The notes: a model not told the origin generated them from the sequence alone. A stretch of 64,000 nt of DNA from Leucoraja erinacea (GCF_028641065.1 NC_073411.1:6572001-6636000), one strand, 5' to 3'. Counted from the first letter of the stretch, positions 1 through 13,027 are shown. Translations and numbers: made by a program.

Positions 1-213
1 ATTTCCAAACTTAGATTCCATTGAAAATGTAACATTTCAGAGGTAGACGACTTTATTATGTCTCTAGAGCATGCAGCAAAGAATGAACTTCTTTTATTCA
101 TCTTCTGAATTGGATTTTATCTTCCATAAAGAAATCAAGTATACAGGATAATTAACAATCCTGTGGATTTGCATAATCTCATAGGTATATTTTGCTTCAT
201 TTTCATTTACATT

Positions 214-562
214 CATTCATCATCGTTGAAAACATTAGCGACGCAGTGGCGCTGGTTTCCAACGGGAACGGTGACACATTTCTGTCCTCCAGTTTCTGCG
301 GACTTCTGCCGCTGGAAGTATGCGATTTTGGTGTGTGTGCTTTATCATCATTCCTTACAATGCTATATACGACAGTGATCGCAACTTCTACTGAAGTGTG
401 GATGGCTGTTGGCTCGCTAGATGCTCATCCGCCCTTTGACAGGTCTTGTTTTTGGTCCTGCTGGGGGTCCACAGCCCCCCTCCTCACCTGGCAAAATTCT
501 ACCATGCATGGATTGAATGAACAGAGGATGATGTACGATCCTCCTTTTATGATGATGATGAT
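214..562. mobile_element. Unclassified ~350 bp SINE-like insertion
   Basis: GC-richer block in AT-rich DNA ending in (atg)n, flanked by direct repeat tttacatt (206-213, 563-570); no recognisable coding motif. Confidence 0.3.
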
Positions 563-759
563 TTTACATTAAAAATCTATATTTTGATGACTTGCAAACA
601 TTATAGTATAATTTGTAGTATTGTAGCTCCCCTATGGGATGGGCATCAGAATGGTATGTGTGAGAAGCTTTGTTTAAAAGCTCTCTGATGCCCAATTTGA
701 TTGTCATCAGGATTACTATGCTCAGATATCACCACAGCCAATCAAATGTGGACCATGAT

Positions 760-931
760 TTCATGTGATAGAGTGAGGGTGGTGATCTACGATATAAAGG
801 CAGCATTTGATCAAGAGTGACATCAAGATGCCCTGGTAAAACTGAAACCAGTGGGCATCAGAGGGAAAATGCTGGTTTGAGCCATACTGCGGAAGATAGT
901 TGTGGTTGTCATAGATCAATCATCCCTGTCC
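760..931 (+). mobile_element. Old CR1/L2-group LINE RT fragment
   Basis: Decayed DIKAAFD..HQ.ALVKLK..GIRGK...VVV..QSS reverse transcriptase (RT) segment; same family at 20130-20720. Confidence 0.6.
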
Positions 932-1100
932 AAAGATAGACATAAAGTGCTGGAGTAACTCAGCTGGTCAGGCAGCATCTCCGGAGAGAAAGGTCACCCA
1001 TCCTTTTGATTTGATCTTGAAATGCTTCTGACCAGCTGAGTTACTCCAGTACTTTGTGTCTATCTTCGGTATAAACCAACATCTGCAGCTCCCTTTTACA
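932..1100. mobile_element. Penelope-derived imperfect fold-back element with 11-bp TSD
   Basis: gatagacataaagtgctggagtaactcagc...gctgagttactccagtactttgtgtctatc inverted arms; TSD catccctgtcc at 921-931 and 1101-1111. Confidence 0.75.
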
Positions 1101-2329
1101 CATCCCTGTCCCAAGATGTCAATGGAAGAGCTAATTTCCTGACATAACATGAACTTGGCACCATCTAAAAGGCACAAGTCAGGAGTATGATAAAATAGTC
1201 ACAATTTGATTGGATAAATGCAGCGCCACTAGCTCTGAAGACACCTTAATTTCCTCCACTACTGATGCACGATGGCTGCTCCGCATACCATTTACAAAAT
1301 GCACTGCACTTGATCAGACTACTTTAACAGTAGCTCCAAACATTCACTGAGACTTAAGAGCATTCAAAACAGGCATTCAAAACAGGAGCTTTCACTGCAT
1401 CTTGGTACTTGTGACAATAATAATAACCCAATACCAATACTTTCTTAATCAAACCAGCAGATAATACATTTCAGAGCGGCCTGTTTTATTATCAAACTAC
1501 CCAAGTGATGGGATGGGAAATGACTGCACGAGCAGTAAAAGGGCATTATGAATTTTCATTGCTCTACGTGTGTTCTTTGTTATTCCCATTTATTCTCACT
1601 CTACACTGCCTGGAACGTTCATGATGAAGAAAAGTATGTGTTGAGATAACCAAAGCAGGGTTCAGCTGTAACCTGCAAACAAACCTGATGAAGAATGGCC
1701 ACCCACTGATGAGTACAATTAAGTTAAACATTGACGATATAAAGTGACAGATGCAAGAATTTGCAAAAAAATTCTAAAATAATCGGTTCCACCATTACTT
1801 GTTTATATGTACATTAATGTTACAGAATATTAATAGGTTTCTGCCAAGCTTTATGGTTTTAGACTGAGGAGGTGCACAAAAATTATTAACAGTTGTGCAA
1901 ACCAGCTATTCTGAAACATTTTTTTCATTTCTAGCACATTAAATCATTATCAAGCTATAAAACATTCTGGTTGAATACATTTTGAGTTTTGTACATTAAC
2001 ATCATGTTGTCACACTGAACAAAGCCCAGATTATGCAATTAATTTCCTTCAGACAAGTTGAAAATTAATTGTTTATTTAATTATAGCATATTAATATAGT
2101 AATGGAAAGGCAAGGTTTGAAAGTAAACTGACAAATTCTAAATCTTGACCATGGTCTATTTATGAATTGCAATACCCATTGAAATTTTTCAGAACTCTGA
2201 TTTTTCCCCCCGCATCTAATGATAGTGCAATGTTCATTACATGACTTTAAAGAATGACCATAAAAATAAAACAGTTTCTGAGGTGTAAGCTTCCCCTTTC
2301 CCAATATTAATGTTACAGCAAGAACAGGA

Positions 2330-3110
2330 AGGCAGATGATTATCTGAATGGTGTCAGATTAGGAAATGGGGAGGTGCAACGAGACCTGGTGTGCTTGTAC
2401 AGCAGACACTGAAAGTAAGCATGCAGGCAGTGAGGAAAGCCAAGCTGGCCTTCATTGTGAGAGGATTTGAGTTTAGGAGCAAGGCAGTCCTACTGCAGTT
2501 GTACAGGGCCCTAGTGAGACCACACCTGGAGTATTGTGTGCAATTTTGGTCTCCTAATTTGAAGATGGACATTATTGCTATTGAGGGAGTGTAGAGTTGG
2601 TTCACCAGGTTAATTCCCGGGATGGCGGTACTGACATATGATGAAAGAATGGGTCGACTGGACTTGTATTCACTGGAATTTAGAAGGATGAGAGGGCGTC
2701 TTATAGAAACGTATAAAATTCTTAAAGGATCAGCCATGATCACAGTGAATGGCGGTGCTGGCTCGAAGGGCTGAATGGCCTACTCCTGCACCTATTGTCT
2801 ATTGATTGGACAGACAAGATGCAGGAAAAATGTTCCTGATGTTGGGGGAGTCCAGAACCAGTGGTCACAGTTAAGGTCATTTGTCACCCAGAGAGTTGTG
2901 AATCTGTGGAATTCTCTGCCACAGAAGGCAGTGGGGGCCCATTCACTGGATGTTTTCAAGAGAGTTAGATTCAGCTCTTATGGCTAAAGGAATCGAGGGA
3001 TATGGGGAAAAAGCAGGAACGGGGTACTGATTTTAGATGATCTGCCATGATCATATTGAATGGCGGTGCTGGATCGAAGGGCCAAATGGCCTACTCGTGC
3101 ACCTATTTGT
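2330..3110 (+). mobile_element. CR1/HER1-like LINE, 3' part of ORF2 plus 3' tail
   Basis: LLQLYRALVRPHLEYCVQFWSP and TQRVVNLWNSLP motifs; tail gaagggccaaatggcctactc; extra short tail nested at 2731-2803. Confidence 0.9.
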
Positions 3111-5859
3111 TAATTTTCCAATATTGATTGCTGTCAGATATATCCCATGAGCGATGGGATATATCTGTGGATGCCATTGTGGATGCCATTGTGAAAAGGA
3201 GATTTTAAGAATTCAAGTAATTACAAATAGCTCTGAAACAAAATGGTTGCATTAGTGATGAGCCTGAAACTCGCAGATTTTAAACATCCATCTAGTTAAT
3301 AAACGGAAACCTGTCATTCTTCAATGGACTGGTTAAGGTGCAACTGCAAACCTCCAAAATGCATAGCAAACCACTCAGTTCATCAGAGTAATTATGGATA
3401 AATAATAAATACTGGCCACGCCAATAATACTAATATCCCATGATATCCCATGATAGAGGGAATAATATCCTAGCCTTCCATCAATGTCCCTCTGCACATT
3501 TATTACCAGAACTGCATCATAGAGCGAGAGGTGGCATTTTTGTCGTAGAAATCTGATGTTAAGACCCGAGTCCAAATGATGTAAAATTCAAAATTTCATC
3601 CTCTGGTTAAGTCATGGCAGGTTTCAGCAAATATTTTTGTTGGTGTTCTGCCTACCCTTATTAATCCTCATGCTTCCATTACTGTTCTCTGTCCAGACTA
3701 AATGCCACTGCCTGCATTATGCAAACTGTACTTTATCATTTACTTGGAGAGCTACAAGGAAGGAAAACAATGATTCATGCTCAGTGACTCGGGTGAACAT
3801 AAAGCCGAAACAAATTTTACTCTTGAGATTTTATTTCTACATGTTTGCTTTCAATCCTGTACTTCCTGGTAAATAAGAAGCATATTACATAGTGCTTCAC
3901 AGTCAAAGCAGTACTCTCTTGATTTGTTTCATTTTCGGGCCTTAAAATTACATTCACAACCTCGCGAAGGAATAATGTGCTCCACATTTCTTTTCACTGA
4001 TTAGAAATATTTAGCCAAAATTCTCACAACACCAAAATTCAATAAAAAAAATTAAAATAAAATAAGTTTGATGAATTACATGGAGTTTTAAAAAAAATAA
4101 CATGCCTTTGGGATCTTCATTTAAAAGTAAATTTGCAAAAGGGGCGTAGTACATTTGTGGTCAAGTAATGACCAACAAAATAAATTCATTTAGATGTGGC
4201 AAAATTCACAGTTAATGGTTTCATTTTTTCCAGGAGTAAACTACCAAGTTTTATTTTCAATCATGAAATACTATCGCTTTGTAATTCTTTAAAATAGCCC
4301 GTGCTATTTTGCTTTTCCATTACTCGTTGTATTCTTTCAAATTGGATGAATGTTTCTGTGCTTGAGAGCAGTTTTTTTGTCACCTTTCTTTGGCTGTAGA
4401 TCAGTACAATTAATGAGGAGCTCCTTTACACTCGTACACTGCATAATAATAAAGGGAAAGAAAATCCATGCAAGTTTGGGAAATTAAGTGCTTGAACTTG
4501 GTCCGTTCACACATACAGTATCAACAGATTTCTAAAAAATAATTTTTAAATATGGATATCTCCATTTGCATTTCTCTAAATTATTTAATTCAGTGTTCTG
4601 GTGAGGGAAATTGCAAATATGTTATTCAGTTTCATTTTTGCTTTAGGTGCCTTAGGTTTACAAAAAATAATTCAATTCCCCATTGAGTCACATTTGAGCT
4701 TACTGTTGTTTACCTCCAAAAGAATAGTTCATGAGGAACATTTGTTCAAAAGTAATCTCTTCACAATATTATGTTGTCTTATTGCTGTCTGGCCAGGCTT
4801 ATGCAATACAAGATTTAATTATTAAACACGGGGGTAGCAATTGCAAATTAGGAAGAGGGTCGGGAAATCCAGTTCCCTGTGGTTGTTGCATGTTCAATAA
4901 TATTGTCATTAATTTGTACCTCATTTATTTACTTTTGATTTGGATCTCTGAATAAGAAAATATTATTTACCTCAGTCATGAAAGGTTCACTTAGCTGTTC
5001 ATATTTGTGCTGCCCTCAAAAAGATTGTCTGTAGATATCATTCTGAATGATATCTTTCTAATTTTAAGACTCGCCTCCCTAGTTCATTGTGCTCCCACAA
5101 GCAGTAAACATTTTCTTGAAGTTATTTTGTGAAAAACATTTTATCATTTTAAACATTTACATTCAATCATTTATTGGATCTTCACTATTGAATACAAATC
5201 AAATTTATCAACCATCCTCATAATTTATGCCTTTAATTCTGATCCCTGGACAGATTCTCTGGTCTTCTCTGCTTCTGTTTTCAATATGGCTGAATCCTTT
5301 AATAATTCCAAAATACTTCTGTCAACAAAGCAAACTCAAATATACTATTTAAATCTTGCTTCCTTCATAATTTATGCTATTCTGCTTCTTCCAATCTATG
5401 AGAAAATATTAACCGCTCTCCAATAGTTGAAGGAGTTATATTACTGTTACCATCACATTAGAAAAGCTCAGATTTTGGATACTTTGCTCTTCAGACGGAT
5501 GAAAATGGGAGCATAATCACTGGAAGGCACATATTGGCAAGGTCCTCTTGGCTGAATAGTTCCTTGCTTTCTTTCCTTGACTTCTTTACCCTTGGATATT
5601 TCAGCTCCTTGAGCCCACTGCCAAAGCTGCCATGACAAACGTCAAAAAAAGGCACATTTGAGCCCAGATGTTGTATGACATAACTAAAATGAGGTAATTC
5701 AATCCCTCTCAATAATGTCGGTTCAGATACTATTCGGGTTGTCAAGGCAGAGCCCTGAATATTGAGCGTCAATTATTGTTCAATTATTCAATTTTACAGC
5801 TGATTCCACTTTTCCCTGGACATTCATGTAATCAGTATAAGATGAATGTCACGTAAAGG

Positions 5860-6337
5860 TTGAATAGGGGCTCTAAGCTCGCAACACAACAGGCCAACGG
5901 CAGAGGCCTTCCTGAGGTTCCGTGGCCGCCATGCCCACCCCAGAAGACCTGAAGGCTTGGTGATTGTCGAGACCCACCCGAAAGTTTGTTGGTCGGTGGG
6001 ACCCACCCAAATTCCCAGTGAGCCGTGGAATGCTCCTGACCAGTAACCCGCATGAAGGCTCGGCGAAAGGCGGGACTGGGAGGGAAATGGAGACGTCAGA
6101 TGCAAGGAACAAGGACCGGTAGGAGGGTAAACCGGGTTAATGCCTCCATGGACAGCTGCAGGAGGTGCCCCTGGGACACAGATGGCCGGACGAGGAGAAG
6201 GACATCGGTTTGCAGGAACTGCTCTGGTACATCCAGCACGTGGGCCAACTGGACTTTGGAAATGGCGCCATGTTATGGCATGTGTAAAGATGCAAAAAGA
6301 ATTTGCAATTGCACAAGTAACAAATAAAGCACCATTG
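5860..6337 (+). mobile_element. GC-rich non-coding element with Rex1-type 3' tail
   Basis: Ends gactttggaaatggcgcca...gcaaaaagaattt...gtaacaaataaagc; similar end at 42500-42650. Confidence 0.45.
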
Positions 6338-7647
6338 CGCAAGGAAATGTGCCAGTCAGCCCAAATTAACCAAGATGCCTATTCATACCAGTCCCATTTG
6401 TTCACGTTTGGCCCATGTCGATGGAAACAGCTCCTATCCATGTACCTCCCAAAATGTATTTTAAATAACCCCAACTACTTCCTCTGGTTGCATATGTTTC
6501 ATATCTATGTGTTAAATTGCAGAGAAGCTGCCATGTAAAGATGACATTGTGCACTATGATCAGCATTGATTCTGAGATGAATGCTATGATTAATAATGCG
6601 CACAAAATCAATCGCGTGGCACTTAAAGTATATATAACATGCAATTGAAATTCTCAAATCAGCATTGGTATGCCAATGACAAGCAGGTGCTTGGGATAGG
6701 TGTGTTATTTATACTTTACTGGATAAATGGATGCAGCTTGGCTGTCACCAAAATCACTTACCAAAACACAGATATTTCCCTCATCAACATAGCTTCTCCC
6801 ATTTCAAACACATGGCAGTGACTGTCATGGCAGTCGTCCAATTAAGTTTGTCATTATGATCTGTGCTGTCATGGAAACAAGACGTTGGGTGTGTATGTGT
6901 GAGCGCACATGCATGTGTGTGGATGGGGGAGAGAGAGAAAGAGTTAACAGCTCAACTCTGAATTGACGCAAATCCAAAGTAAAGGGCATGATGCATTTTC
7001 TTTTGTGACTAATTTAAAAGCAATGAAAATTATTACTATTTGCTTTTACTTTGTAAAATTGATGCATTGTTGAAATGCCTAAATTAGGTGTTTCGACATG
7101 ATTTTTATTCTGATAACATATAGCAGTCTGATGGAAGTAATTATGCTAGCTTCATAAGTCATGTCCTATTAGATAAAAATATGAAGTGTACAACTTATTA
7201 GTTGTCTCCATGAAAAGCTGGTTATCTACTAATGATTCATTAATCTACATTATTTTACATCAGGTCAGTTGTGTTCAAACTCTTAGAAATAAAAAATGTC
7301 ACATAGTTCCATTGTAAGTAAAAATGATCTGATTCTCATATATAATACCAGTAATTAACCAAAGGATGCGTATTTACCTAATTCCTGCACACAATGTCGT
7401 TTAGAGCCACATGGCTATACATAGCTTCTGCATTTCAGTGGAGGAGCACTGAGATCGCCAAAGGTTGTTGAACTCAAGGGATTACGGAGCCATGGAAAAT
7501 AAGAAAATTATTGAAACTTTAAAACTGGGCTGTTTTTTGTTTACTAGAGCCAATGCTGTTCTGCAAGGACAGGGGTGTACACTGGAAAAGGGGATGGGCA
7601 CTCAAAAAGTGACACAAGAGGCCAGCCAAAAGTGTCAGAATAACAGA

Positions 7648-8220
7648 ATAGAAACATAGAAACATAGAAATTAGGTGCAGGAGTAGGCCATTCGGCCCTT
7701 CGAGCCTGCACCGCCATTCAATATGATCATGGCTGATCATCCAACTCAGTATCCCGTACCTGCCTTCTCTCCATACCCTCTGATCCCCTTGGCCACAAGG
7801 GCCACATCTAACTCCCTCTTAAATATAGCCAATGAACTGGCCTCAACTACCCTCTGTGGCAGAGAGTTCCAGAGATTCACCACTCTCTGTGTGAAAAAAG
7901 TTCTCCTCATCTTGGTTTTAAAGGATTTCCCCCTTATCCTTAAGCTGTGACCCCTTGGCCTGGACTTCCCCAACATCGGGAACAATCTTCCTGCATCTAG
8001 CCTGTCCAACCCCTTAAGAATTTTGTAAGTTTCTATAAGATCCCCTCCCAATCTCCTAAATTCTAGAGAGTATAAACCAAGTCTATCCAGTCAGTCTTCA
8101 TAAGACTAGTCACTGCCTGCCATTGTGAAAAGGACCCGTTTACTCCTACTCTTTGCTTCCTGTTTGCCAGCCAGTTCTCTATCCACATCAATACTGAACC
8201 CCCAATGCCGTGTGCTTTAA
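7648..8220 (-). mobile_element. Young CR1/HER1-like LINE 3' fragment (internally deleted)
   Basis: (atagaaac)n tail; minus ORF 7746-8051 = ORF2 C-terminus ...RVVNLWNSLP...GYGEKAGTGY*; further CR1 piece at 8110-8220. Confidence 0.92.
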
Positions 8221-8876
8221 TTGCTGGTTAATTAATAGTCAAATCTAGAGGTAACAAAGCCATGAACTAAGGTTTCAGTAGCTGATGAGCTAAGGCAGTT
8301 GTGAAGACGGGTGACGCGATGGAAATCGGAAAATGAAGCATTATTGATGGTTTGGACGCTTGTTCCTTAGATCATCTCAGGGTCAAGCAGAGTACTAAGC
8401 GTTCAAAAAGTTCAGCTTGTGTTCGCATTGAGCCAGAGAAAGAAATGGAATCATTGGTCGAGAAACCATTTATGCCGACAGCAATCTTCCCAATATTCAA
8501 TTGAAGTAAAAATCTGACCATTCAGTGCCATACGTTAGTCAGGCAGTTTGACAATTTAATAGTCAATGGAAAGGCAAAAGGAAAATGCAATGAAGAATAA
8601 CTGAGTGTTCTCTGCGTTTGTGTGATACATTTTTCAGATGTCACTGCTACTTGGCAAAAAAAAAGAGAATTAAAAGGTGAAAGTTAGATTGTTGGGTTAT
8701 GACAAGGGGTAACAGTGAAGGTATGGGGAGGGTTGCTGGTGATACTCTGTCCACAACTCATTGGGTAAGAATAACTTTGCTGTACGGTAACTCAGCACTG
8801 GAGAAACATTGGAGGACAGTGAAATGGTCATGTGAGTATACAAAATGGGAACATGAAGGAGTCCTCATAATGTGTT

Positions 8877-9058
8877 CAAGAAGGAACTGCAGATGCTGGA
8901 AGATCGAAGGTACACAAAATTGCTGGAGAAACTCAGCGGGTGCAGCAGCATCTATGGAGCGAAGGAAATAGGCGACGTTTCGGGCCGAAACGTCGCCTAT
9001 TTCCTTCGCTCCATAGATGCTGCTGCACCCGCTGAGTTTCTCCAGCAATTTTGTGTAC
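8877..9058. mobile_element. Penelope-derived perfect palindromic element, copy 1
   Basis: 75-bp perfect arms 8909-8983/8985-9059 around a single G; 14-bp TSD cctcataatgtgtt (8863-8876, 9059-9072). Confidence 0.9.
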
Positions 9059-9094
9059 CCTCATAATGTGTTGCCATTTAAGATGATCATAGAG

Positions 9095-9300
9095 CAGCTG
9101 TGGTGAAATTCGTGGAGTTGCTGCCTCAGCTCCAGTTCAACGAACTTAGCAATAACATCTGAAAATGGTGCCACATGATCGCTATTTTCAAATCCATCGA
9201 CTTAGGTTCCTTCCTGTCTGTGTACAGTTTGCAGGTTGTCTCTGCGACCAGGTGGCTTTCTTCAGGGCTTGGGTTTCCTTATACATAACAAAGATGGGTG
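9095..9300 (+). mobile_element. Degenerate V-SINE
   Basis: gttgctgcctcagctccag head; ctgtctgtgtacagtttgca...gggtttcctt V-domain-like core. Confidence 0.45.
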
Positions 9301-10596
9301 GATTGGATTGGAAACTACATATTATAAATGTTTCACAAATCTCCGCTCCTACGAAGCTGAAAGCAGTACTAAAGGTTACATGTTATATCATATTTGCCGC
9401 AAATGCTTAATTGAAAAAGAGGGTCAATAGCTGTACTGCAAATAACTGAATATTTCCACGTAGAGGGAAATTCCCTGGATTTGTACATAAATAGTTACAC
9501 TAAGCATATTTAAACTTGAGGTATATTGGAGCAGCATAATCCAATTTCTCACTTCCTACATTAGCAGTTAAATATCTTTAAACATTTGTTTAGTCTGAAG
9601 TTTTATTTTTGACTTGTGGCTGGCAAATTAATGTATTAGATAACTGTTAAAGGTTCAACAGTGATGTTTGAAAGTAGTTTCTTCACCACTGCGCAAAGGA
9701 ATCACATCTTATTCTCCCTTTTACTCATATTTTCAGCTCTTGTCTTTTTGTGAACGTATTCATATCTTGCAAGATATTTGTAAATTCAAGGGACTTTTAT
9801 TTTAATGGGTGTGTACAAAGTTTGAATGGCAACTAGCCTTCTGGTTGTATGAGGCGTCACTTGTGTTTCCATCCAACTGAGGTTATTGGATCCTGATGTT
9901 TAAGAAGGAACTGCAGATGCTGGAAAATTGAAGGTAGACGAAAATTAAAATCCTTGGATTTGCAAATTATTGCAAATAATAATGCAAAATATTGGATGCT
10001 GAAGTGGGTTTATTGGAGTCAATTAACAGCATTACAACTGGAGTTGTGGCTAAGATGCATCAACTCATCAAGAATTACTATATTATTCCAAAACTTAGTC
10101 ATGTTGGCCATGAAATCTGACCACCAATATGAGCAACAACAAATGCCAGCCAATTTGCTATTTTATACTTCCTATCCCCAAAGTTAATTTTCATCCCACA
10201 CTACATCATTCATAAACCATATAGTTGAACCGGTGTACATATTCCACTAAATATGAATACCTTGTTGAAGAGGCCTGTGAATCATTTACAATTATTGCTG
10301 ATAATGGAAGAGCTCTTGGACTACAAATCTGAGGCCAAAGCACGGTTTATTTTCAATGGCAGATGTACAAAGTTCAAGATTGTCATGAAAACTCAAGACA
10401 GTGAGTTTCATAATCTTCAATTATGAACCATCAATTGTTTTGGCCTTGTGTTACTGTAAAATATCACAGTCTGTACAGTCTGTACACTCTCTAAATACAT
10501 AATTGTATGTATTTACAGAGTGGAAGTAACACTTTAAAATCAATTAGTTCCAGGGATTAGTATCAAGCGCTCCAATATCAAACAAACCAATGGGCG

Positions 10597-10865
10597 TAGG
10601 TTTAAGGTGAGAGGGGCAAAGTTTGAAAGAGATGGGTGGGGCAAGTTTTTTTACAGAGGGTAATGAGTGCCTGCAATACACTGCTGGGGTTGGTGGTGGA
10701 GGCAGATACAATTGTGGCATTTAAGAGATCTTTGGATAGGCACGTGGGTATGTAGGGAATGGAGAAACATGGATTGTGCCGACAGATAAAAGCAGGTCTT
10801 AGCATAATATTCAGCACAGACATAGCGGGGCGAAGGACCTGTTCCTGTGCTGTACTATTCTATAG
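10597..10865 (+). mobile_element. CR1 LINE 3' end
   Basis: aggtttaaggtgagaggggcaaagttt...gaaggacctgttcctgtgctgtac, CR1-type 3' end. Confidence 0.8.
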
Positions 10866-12429
10866 TTGATAAAGTTATTCGGCTGCTCTCTAACGTTCAA
10901 AGTCCTGACATTCACAATCCTCCCACTAGAATACTGGTCTGACCCTCTCTACCAGTTTATCCTGAGCCTCTCTCAATCACAACCTCGCCCACCATTGTTT
11001 CCTGTGATCTGCAACTTTCTAGATTTGCTCGGCCAACTCTGGTGTTGTGGAGCAGCAAGAAAAATTGCTTAATTGCGAGTTTCCTGATGCAAGGTCTTTT
11101 GTGTGCATGAGCAAATATTACTGTGCATGTAGGCTGCATACCATTGCTGCAGCAAACACAGCCTGATCTCAACTAAATAAAGTGACAATTTAACAAGCCT
11201 TGTGGCGGAAGCTGAAGAATTTCTAGGCCCTGGTCTTAATAAAGTACACAACTCATTGCTAGAGTATTGCATTGCCTTGTAGTAGTATGGTTATAAATTG
11301 TTTTAATTCTGTTCTGACTGTTGTAAAACAAGAAGAAACTAAACTCAGTAATGCCTCATATTATGAAGCATTTCATAATGAAATACTATTGCAGTGAAGT
11401 TTGTCTTGGAGTTATCTTTCCTTTCACATTGTAAGTTGTTCAGCCGTATCTTATGAGTAAACGTTGTATATCAATCTCTAGGCAGCGCTGCATTTGGAGC
11501 ATTGTGAGGGAAATTTAGACCACATTGTCACAGGAATGCCTTTTATAAGGCACTCGCATGATAAATAGGTTTGCATTGCTGTACTCTGGCAACACACCAA
11601 TGTGAATCCCATCTTCTTCACGCTCCCCCTCTCCATAGGAACAACCAGTTTAAAGATTTCAACAACCCCCATTATCTGTCATTGCACTAGAACTGAGTAT
11701 GTTTCTTACAGAGGGTGCCTGGAATGTACTGCCGGGGATGGGGGAGAGGCTAATATGATCGTGCCATTTAAGGCGTATCACTGTAGATCTGGAATTGCAT
11801 ACAGACCAGAGCAAGCAAAAATATTTATGAACACAGTGAATTATTATGGTTACCCTGTCTTTCCATCATCACCATTATTAATAACTAATATCATATTTGA
11901 GATTGATAAAAATAATTAATTTTTAATTCTTCATCGATGTTTTGGGATTTCACCTCAGGTCATGTACAGTGATTAACCACAGTGCCACTGTACCCAGATT
12001 TTCAGTATCTAAGAGTGAACGTGAAAACCTTAACCAATACAAGATAGGTAATTTATAATATAATCAGGGCGAGCAATTGTTTAAATTGCAGCTTCCATGA
12101 AAGCACATTTATCACCACAAATGATATGAAGATTGGCAGTCTGTTGCTGAAAGAAGATGACTGTCGTACGATATTTTGTCAGATCATTACTGTGGTCTGT
12201 TGGCATTGGTGCCAACACTACAGGGATCACAACACCCTGAAAAAATTGCGCAGTGTCAGTGTCATCTCTGGTGAGATGTCATCTTAATTTTTGTCTTGTC
12301 ATTGGAGGTCTATTGTCTTGGCAAATAGCAAAGGTTGTGTTGGGGAGGGTGGAAGGAAGAATATTGGGGATATGGAGGGTTGGCATCTAGACAGCCTGCT
12401 TAGTCCAGACTTGCCAAGCCGCTTGAGGA

Positions 12430-12695
12430 ATTGTTTCACCCGACGCCGGATGTTCCATCTTCACGGCAAGAGGGCCCTGAAAACATCGGACTGGCTGTAA
12501 GGCCACAAATGGACCCCGACCTCGGGTGTTTCACAGAGGAAGAGGACTTAACTTTCTGGTGCCTTTCCCCACAGTGGAAATGTTTGAGTCTGCTGTGGGG
12601 GGACGTTTGTGTTGAACTCTATAATGTGTTGTGTCCATTTTCTTTATTTTTTTTTAACCTTTTTCTATGGTTTGGAAACTTATTATCTATTTCAT
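12430..12695 (+). mobile_element. Non-coding GC-rich element related to 28119-28548
   Basis: Shares gcct..c.ccacagtg...ctgtgg.gga.gtt block with the reverse complement of about 28240-28290. Confidence 0.45.
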
Positions 12696-12697
12696 GT

Positions 12698-13027
12698 ATA
12701 ACCATATAACCATATAACAATTACAGCACGGAAACAGGCCATCTCGGCCCTACAAGTCCATGCCGATCAAATTTATTTCCCCTTAGTCCCACCTGCCTGC
12801 ACTCATACCATAACTCTCCATTCCCTTCTCATCCATATGCCTATCCAATTTATTTTTAAATGATACCAATGAACCTGCCTCCACCACTTCCACTGGGAGC
12901 TCATTCCACACCGCTACCACTCTCTGCGTAAAGAAGTTCCCCCTCATATTACCCCTAAATTTCTGTCCCTTAATTCTGAAGTCATGTCCTCTTGTTTGAA
13001 TCTTCCCTATTCGCAAAGGGAAAAGCA
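12698..13027 (-). mobile_element. CR1 LINE 3' end
   Basis: (ataaccat)n tail; minus ORF TRGH..RIKG.KF...MRGNFFTQRVV.VWNELP. Confidence 0.88.

Noticed and set aside
8909-9059. Bona fide miRNA gene or rho-independent terminator
   Set aside because: Multicopy, TSD-flanked, TE-derived perfect hairpin with a 1-nt spacer; terminators are not relevant in this genome.
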